The translations under genes were made by a program, and so were the position numbers. Of a stretch of 64,000 bases of DNA, positions 58,036 through 64,000 are shown piece after piece. The notes under the pieces were generated by a model. That model had not been told where the DNA came from. It worked only from the letters and a program-made list of their open reading frames with translations, and searched no databases. How positions within the stretch are numbered: position 1 is the stretch's first letter; each line of letters opens with the position of its first letter. The stretch is from positions 576,001 to 640,000 of the forward strand of contig OY970173.1 in the NCBI GenBank assembly GCA_963707635.1, written 5' to 3'. This DNA is from Candidatus Latescibacterota bacterium (GTDB taxonomy: Bacteria; Krumholzibacteriota; Krumholzibacteriia; WVZY01; JAKEHA01).

Positions 58036-58764
58036 ATGACGATGCACTTTGACCGCAAGGGATTCCACAAGACCACCATCGGCGTCTTCGCCGTCTCGCT
58101 TCTTCTCATGGTCGTCGCCGGCCTCGAGAACAGCGTCGCGCCGTGGGCGCCGTTCTATTTCCTGTATATCGGGCTGGCCACCATTCTGCCGCTGCGGTGG
58201 AACACGTACCGCTTCGGCCCCGCGCGCGCCATCCGCTGGTGGATGTGGGCCGTTTGCCCCGTCATCGCGATCCTGCTCCAGGCCGTGGTGAGCGTGGGGA
58301 TCAACGTGATCTACGCGCGCGTGGTGGTCGGCATCGGCGGCCCCGAGCGTCTCGACGATCCCATCATCGCCGTGCCGGCGATGTTTTCCGCCATGTTCGA
58401 CGCGGCGGCGGCGCGTCTCTTGATCCCCGCGAACCACGTTCGGATCGCGTACATGAGTCTCGTCGTCGCGTGGGCGGGTCTAGGCGAGGAGCTGTACTTT
58501 CGCGGCTATGTGCAGGGCGTGCTGCGGGAACGCCATTCGGCGCGCTACGCCATCCTGATGGCGTCGCTCCTCTTCGCGACCCGGCACTACATGCAAATGT
58601 TGCTGCTGCTCCCGAAGTTTCCGATCTTTGCCGCCACCGCGTGGGTCGCGATGGCGGTTCCGGTGGGTATCGTGCTCGGCATCATTTACGAAAAAACGAA
58701 CTCGCTTTGGCTTCCGGTCGCGATCCACTATCTTTTCAACCTGATTCCGTTTCTGGCAGGATAG
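58036..58764 (+). CDS. CPBP/CAAX intramembrane metalloprotease
   Basis: EELYFRG; F...H; H...N. Confidence 0.88.
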   Translation: MTMHFDRKGFHKTTIGVFAVSLLLMVVAGLENSVAPWAPFYFLYIGLATILPLRWNTYRFGPARAIRWWMWAVCPVIAILLQAVVSVGINVIYARVVVGIGGPERLDDPIIAVPAMFSAMFDAAAARLLIPANHVRIAYMSLVVAWAGLGEELYFRGYVQGVLRERHSARYAILMASLLFATRHYMQMLLLLPKFPIFAATAWVAMAVPVGIVLGIIYEKTNSLWLPVAIHYLFNLIPFLAG

Positions 58765-58782
58765 CGAACGAAAGGGATTCTC

Positions 58783-60659
58783 GTGACCAGACAGGCCGCT
58801 CTCGCGACTCTTTCATTGGCGCTGCTCGCTTGCGCGAGACACGAACCCATCGCGCCACCGACCGTGGTGGATTTCTCGTATGCGAATCCCGCCCAGGTCG
58901 TGATGACGCACCTCGACCTCGACATCGACGTGGATTTCGACCGTCGCGTCATCTCGGGCACCGCGACCTTCGACCTCGACCATAAGACGGACGCGAACGC
59001 GGTCTACTTCGATACCTGGGCGCTGCGGGTGATGGATGTTACCGCGGATGGCAAGAAGACGCGGTGGACGCTGGGCGACTCGCTGCCGCTCGTCGGGCGG
59101 CCGCTTTCGGTGGCGATCACACCGGAGACGCACCGGGTCGCGGTTCGTTATGAGACCATCGCCGACGCCAGCGGCTGCGGGGCGCAGTGGCTCACCGCGG
59201 CGCAGACCGCGGGGAAGGCGTACCCGTACGTGTACACGCAGTCGCAATCCATCCACGCGCGGTCGTGGGTGCCGTGTCAGGACACGCCGGCGATCCGGTT
59301 CACGTACAACGCCCGCGTTCGCGTGCCGTCGGAACTGATGGCGGTCATGAGTGCGCACAACACCCGCGAAAAGAGCGAGGACGGCGCCTACCAGTTCGAG
59401 ATGAAGCAGCCGATCCCCTCGTACTCTGCTCGCGCTCGCGGTGGGTGACATCGAGTACCGGCCCGATCGGCCCGCGCAGCGGCGTCTACGCAGAGCCGGG
59501 CGTGGTCGACGCAGCCGTGAGCGAGTTTGCCGACCTGGAGAAGATGATCGACACGGCGGAGTCTCTGCTGGGGCCGTATCGCTGGGAACAGTACGACGTG
59601 CTGGTGCTCCCGCCGAGCTTCCCCTACGGCGGCATGGAGAACCCGCGCCTCACGTTCGCCACCCCGGTCCTGCTCGCAGGCGACCGCTCGCTGGTGTCGG
59701 TGATCACCCACGAGCTGTCGCATTCGTGGTCGGGCAACCTGGTCACCAACGCCACCTGGAACGATTTCTGGCTGAACGAAGGCTTCACCACCTACTTCGA
59801 GCGCCGGCTCGACGAGGCGCTCTACGGCAAGGAATACACGGACATGCAGGTGATGCTCGGCAAGCGCGACCTGGACGGCGAGCTCGCGGAGCGGGGGGCG
59901 GGCAACAAGGACACCGCGCTCTACGTCGAGCTGGCCGGTCGCGACCCCGACGAGGTCATGGGCTCCACGCCCTACGAGAAGGGCTACTTCTTCCTGCGCA
60001 TGCTGGAGGAGTCGTTCGGGCGCGAAACGTTCGACGCGTTCCTGCGCCGCTATTTCGACACGCACGCATTCCAGACCATGACCACCGAGCGGTTCGTGGC
60101 CTTCATGAAGCAGGACCTGTTCGCGAACGACGAAGCGAGGTACGTTTCGCTCAAGGTGGACGAATGGATCTACCAGCCCGGGCTCCCATCGAACGCCCCG
60201 GTGCCGCACTCGACGCGCTTCGACCAGGTCGACACGCAGATCACCGCATTCGTGAAGGGAACACCCGCCAAACAGCTCGCGACCGGCGGGTGGACGACGA
60301 ACGAGTGGCAGCGTTTTCTCGACAACCTGCCCCAGCCGCTTCCGGCCGGCCGCCTGCGGGATCTGGACGCCACTTTCCACTTGAGTCAGGCGAATGCGGT
60401 GGTGCAACGCTCGTGGTTTCCGAACGTGATCGCGGCCCGATACCAGCCCGCCTACCCGGCCCTCGAGAACTTTCTGATGACGATCGGCCGGCGCTACCTG
60501 GTGCGGCCGGTGTATCAGAAACTCGCCGAGACGCCCGACGGGATGGAGTTCGCGCGACGGGTGTACGCGGAGGCCCGGCCCGGCTACCATTCGCTGACCA
60601 CGAACGGGATCGATCCGGTGCTGAAGTGGTCGGAGACGACGGGGACGACGACGCCGTGA
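58783..60659 (+). CDS. M1 aminopeptidase, leukotriene A4 hydrolase-like (frameshift near 59430-59460)
   Basis: GGMEN; HELSH-x18-E; PYEKG. Confidence 0.9.
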
Positions 60660-60678
60660 GCCGGGAACAGGAGCCCCG

Positions 60679-61132
60679 ATGAAGGAAACGATCACACGCC
60701 TGCTGAATCACATGCAATGGGCGGACGCGCGGACGCTGGCCGCGTTGCGTGCCGTAACGCCGCCCGCCGAGGCGCTCACGTGGTACGCACACGTCATCGC
60801 GGTCGAACGAGTGTGGTATTTGAGGATGGCGAGCGAGGACTGGAAGGTGCAGAAGGTGTGGCCCAACATGACCCTCGACGAATGCGCGGCGCTCGCGGCG
60901 CGAAACGAGATGCAGGCGAACGGCATCGTGGCACGCCTTTCGGAGCGACGAACTCGCGCGCCGGGTCACCTACGTAAACAGCGCCGGTCGGACCTTTACC
61001 AGCACCGTGGCCGACATGCTCATCCACGTAGCGCTGCACGGTGTTCACCATCGCGGGCAGATCGCGGCGTCGCTGCGGCGCGCGGGCACGGCCCCGCCGG
61101 ATCTCGACTACATAGTCTTCGTGCGGGAATGA
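60679..61132 (+). CDS. DinB/YfiT family protein (frameshift near 60945)
   Basis: WAD...H..AVE.VW; H..HHRGQIA in the second frame. Confidence 0.82.
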
Positions 61133-61146
61133 GGGGATGATGCAGA

Positions 61147-62523
61147 GTGACCATGCGAGCGAATCGACGCTTTCTCTGGCTCGTGGCTGCGCTGGGCACG
61201 TGCATGCGCACGGACGCAGGCGTCGCCGTCTCCAAGACCGCTGACGCGCTGGTCGCCGACCCGCACGCCGTCGTCGACCTGCCAGCGGGGTGGTCGTACA
61301 CCATCGTCTCGCGCAAGGGCGACGAAATGGACGACGGCCTCGTCGTACCGGGGCTCTGTGACGGCATGGGGGCGTTTCCCGGGCCCGACGGCACCGTGAT
61401 CCTCGTTTGCAACCACGAGTCGTTTTCTGCCGCCGACGGTCCCTTCGGCGCGAAGTATGAGCGCCTCGCGCGGATTCCGACCGCTAAACTCTACGACCTG
61501 GGCTTCGGGATGACACCGTGTCCCGGCGGCACCACCACGCTGGTGTGGGACCCGAAGACACGAACGCTCGTGCGCCAGTTCCTGAGCCTCGCCGGCACGC
61601 TTCGCAATTGTTCGGGGGGACCCACGCCGTGGGGGAGCTGGCTGACGTGCGAGGAGATTACGATGCGAGGCGGCACTCACAATGACGGCGCCGTTCACTT
61701 GCAGAAAGACCACGGCTACGTATTCGAAGTTCCCGCGACGGCCGAGGCCGCACTGGCGGAACCCGTCCCGCTCAAGGCCCTGGGACGGTTTTACCACGAA
61801 GGTGCCGCCGTCGATTCGCGCACCGGCATCGTGTACATGACCGAAGACCTGGACGACGGGCTCATCTACCGCTTCATCCCCGACGTGAAGGGGGATCTCA
61901 CGAGCGGTCGCTTGCAGGCGCTCGCGCTGGCCAGCGGCGTGCGCGACTCGCGCAACTGGGAAAAGAGTGGCGCGAAGATCAAGATCGGCGAAAAATTCGC
62001 CGTGAAATGGATCGGCATGGACGACATTGACGCCCCCAAGGACGACCTGCGTACGCGCGGCCACGACCTGGGCGCATGTGTGTTTGCGCGCGGCGAGGGC
62101 CTGGTCATGTCCGCCGGCTCGGTGTATTTCGCGTGCACTTCGGGTGGCATCGCGAGGATAGGACAGATCTGGCGCTACACCCCCGGCAGCGACGAAGGCA
62201 CGAACAAGGAAAGCCGCGCGCCGGGGACGCTGGAATTGTTCATCGAGCCGAACGATTCGACGCAGCTCCAGAATCCCGACAACCTCACCGCCGCGTCGAA
62301 TGGTAACGACCTGGTGGTGTGCGAGGACACGGGTGGAAGCGGCGCCCGACTCGTGAGCGTGACGCGCCACGGCACGCTTCGCACGCTGGCGCGGGCGCGG
62401 ATCCGATCGGAGTTCGCCGGGGCCACTTTTTCACCCGACGGCCGGACGTTGTTCGTGAACCTGCAGGAGCCCGGGCTCACGATTGCGATCCAGGGGTCCA
62501 GTGTCATGGGAACGCGATACTGA
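61147..62523 (+). CDS. phoX: PhoX-family alkaline phosphatase (DUF839)
   Basis: NHE; NCSGG.TPWGSWLTCEE; GRFYHE; PDNL; CED. Confidence 0.85.
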   Translation: MTMRANRRFLWLVAALGTCMRTDAGVAVSKTADALVADPHAVVDLPAGWSYTIVSRKGDEMDDGLVVPGLCDGMGAFPGPDGTVILVCNHESFSAADGPFGAKYERLARIPTAKLYDLGFGMTPCPGGTTTLVWDPKTRTLVRQFLSLAGTLRNCSGGPTPWGSWLTCEEITMRGGTHNDGAVHLQKDHGYVFEVPATAEAALAEPVPLKALGRFYHEGAAVDSRTGIVYMTEDLDDGLIYRFIPDVKGDLTSGRLQALALASGVRDSRNWEKSGAKIKIGEKFAVKWIGMDDIDAPKDDLRTRGHDLGACVFARGEGLVMSAGSVYFACTSGGIARIGQIWRYTPGSDEGTNKESRAPGTLELFIEPNDSTQLQNPDNLTAASNGNDLVVCEDTGGSGARLVSVTRHGTLRTLARARIRSEFAGATFSPDGRTLFVNLQEPGLTIAIQGSSVMGTRY

Positions 62524-62524
62524 A

Positions 62525-63577
62525 ATGGGAATAAGGTCACGGTGGAAGGTGCTCGTGCTAGTGACCGTCGTGGTGACGGCCGGTGTGGACGCCCACCCCT
62601 GCACGACGTTCTGTCTCGAGGGCGGGAAGTCGCTCGTGTTCGGCAAGAACTACGACTGGGGAGTCGGCGTCGGCATGGCGGTGGTGAACCAGCGCGGTGT
62701 GGCCAAGACTGCGTTCACCGACGACCACCCGGCGCGGTGGACCTCGCGTTACGGGAGCGTGACCTTCAACCAGTACGGGCGCGAGTTTCCGAGCGGGGGG
62801 ATGAACGAAGCCGGGCTGGTCGTGGAGTTGATGTGGCTCGACGACACCGCCTACCCGGAACCCGACGCGCGTGGCGGACTGCCGACGCTGCAGTGGATTC
62901 AGTACCAGCTCGACGTTTCCGCGACGGTAGATGACGTGGTGGCGAGCGACCAGGCGGTGCGGATCACCCCCGGAGGCACCGCGAAGATCCACTTCTTGGT
63001 GGCGGACGCGAAGGGCGGGTGCGCGGCGGTGGAATGGCTGGCGGGGCGAATGGTGGTGCATCGCGGCAAGGCGATGCCGTTCAAGGCGCTCACCAACGAC
63101 ACCTACGAAGCGTCGGTTGCGTACGCGCGCCGCGCGGCCGGCGGTGGTGGAATGTCGTCGCTCGAACGGTTCGCGCGCGCGGCCGCGCGAACGAACGAGG
63201 ACTCGCACCGTGGCACGGCGGCCATCGACGACGCCTTCGAGCTGCTGGCGGATGTCGCCCAGGGTGACTACACGCAATGGAGCATCGTTTACGATATCGG
63301 CGCCAGGCGCGTCCTGTTCCGAACCCGCCTCAACCGCGAGACGCGCTGGCTGGACCTGGCGGCGCTCGATTTCGCCTGCGGCGCGCGGCCGCTGGCGGTC
63401 GGCGTGAACGGGGCCGGCTCCGGAAATCTGGCGGCGAAACTATCCGCCTGCACACTGGAGACGAACACGGAACTCGTGCAGGCGGCGTTCGCCGCGACGG
63501 AGTTCCTGCGCGGGGTGTCGCTCGAGGCCCAACAGGACCTTGCCCGCTACCCGGAACGGATGCAGTGCGTTCCCTGA
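62525..63577 (+). CDS. Linear amide C-N hydrolase (penicillin V acylase/choloylglycine hydrolase family)
   Basis: Signal peptide then Ntn nucleophile CTTF; GKNYDW; GMNEAGL. Confidence 0.9.
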   Translation: MGIRSRWKVLVLVTVVVTAGVDAHPCTTFCLEGGKSLVFGKNYDWGVGVGMAVVNQRGVAKTAFTDDHPARWTSRYGSVTFNQYGREFPSGGMNEAGLVVELMWLDDTAYPEPDARGGLPTLQWIQYQLDVSATVDDVVASDQAVRITPGGTAKIHFLVADAKGGCAAVEWLAGRMVVHRGKAMPFKALTNDTYEASVAYARRAAGGGGMSSLERFARAAARTNEDSHRGTAAIDDAFELLADVAQGDYTQWSIVYDIGARRVLFRTRLNRETRWLDLAALDFACGARPLAVGVNGAGSGNLAAKLSACTLETNTELVQAAFAATEFLRGVSLEAQQDLARYPERMQCVP

Positions 63578-63584
63578 CGCGCGT

Positions 63585-64000
63585 CTAACCGGAGGGGACG
63601 AGGGCGAGCAGAGCCGTGACCGTCTCCGGGGCTCGTTCCGACAGCGCGGCCACGAGTCCGACGCCGATTCCGTAGGCCACGTGACCCGCGACGTGCGCCG
63701 CGGCGACTTCCACCCCCGCGGTCTGGAATTTCTCGACCGGGTGGTTCTCGGCCACCAGCGCCATCAGCACGAAACTCATCGCGGCGCCGTGGAACACGCC
63801 GATGGCGATACACACGGCGACGATTTCGAGGAAACTGTGCGTTCCCACCGAACGAACGATGAGCAGGTAGGGAATCGCGAAACAGCACCCGGCGGTGAAG
63901 TGGAGCGCGAGCCCCGGCGCGAGCGATCTTTCGTAGTGGCGTGTGATGAGGCTTCCGAGCGCGCGGATCATGTCGGCGTTCGCCCAGCCGGCCCGGTGGA
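63585..64000 (-). CDS. Hypothetical membrane protein (5' end outside the window)
   Basis: Open frame with TM helices running to the window edge. Confidence 0.65.
   Translation of the reverse strand, partial: HRAGWANADMIRALGSLITRHYERSLAPGLALHFTAGCCFAIPYLLIVRSVGTHSFLEIVAVCIAIGVFHGAAMSFVLMALVAENHPVEKFQTAGVEVAAAHVAGHVAYGIGVGLVAALSERAPETVTALLALVPSG

Noticed and set aside
230..63888. Many long overlapping alternative-frame ORFs in the track
   Set aside because: They are Arg/Ala/Pro-rich shadows typical of high-GC DNA, with no recognisable motifs or RBS

Overview
GC-rich bacterial chromosomal window. Three proteins end in a FlgD-Ig/T9SS-like C-terminal domain (QNxPNPFNP...ASGVYFYRL), which suggests an FCB-related candidate phylum such as Krumholzibacteriota or Latescibacterota; this is inference. 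The flanks (1-18 kb, 39.5-64 kb) carry ordinary housekeeping, envelope and metabolic genes: Zn metalloprotease, dinB, ABC-F, nth, polX, ilvE, thiL, M1 peptidase, phoX and others. About ten of these are broken by single-base indels that look like long-read errors. The middle (~18.1-39.4 kb) is a mosaic, partly duplicated and partly decayed stress/dormancy island. It holds YtxH, DUF948, DUF1328, DUF3185, lmo0937, HdeD, baeRF3, GGDEF and PLD-like genes, an orphan NarL/LuxR regulator and two CRP/FNR paralogues. The most striking non-coding signal is an ungapped 40-bp element repeated five times, each time at a fixed distance upstream of a minus-strand TAnnnT -10 box. There are also three TGTTA-N6-TAACA CRP-like palindromes and a matching set of ECF promoters (AAC-N16-CGGTCC). 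Together these let a candidate regulatory circuit be read from the DNA. No rRNA, tRNA, CRISPR array, transposase or integrase was recognised.
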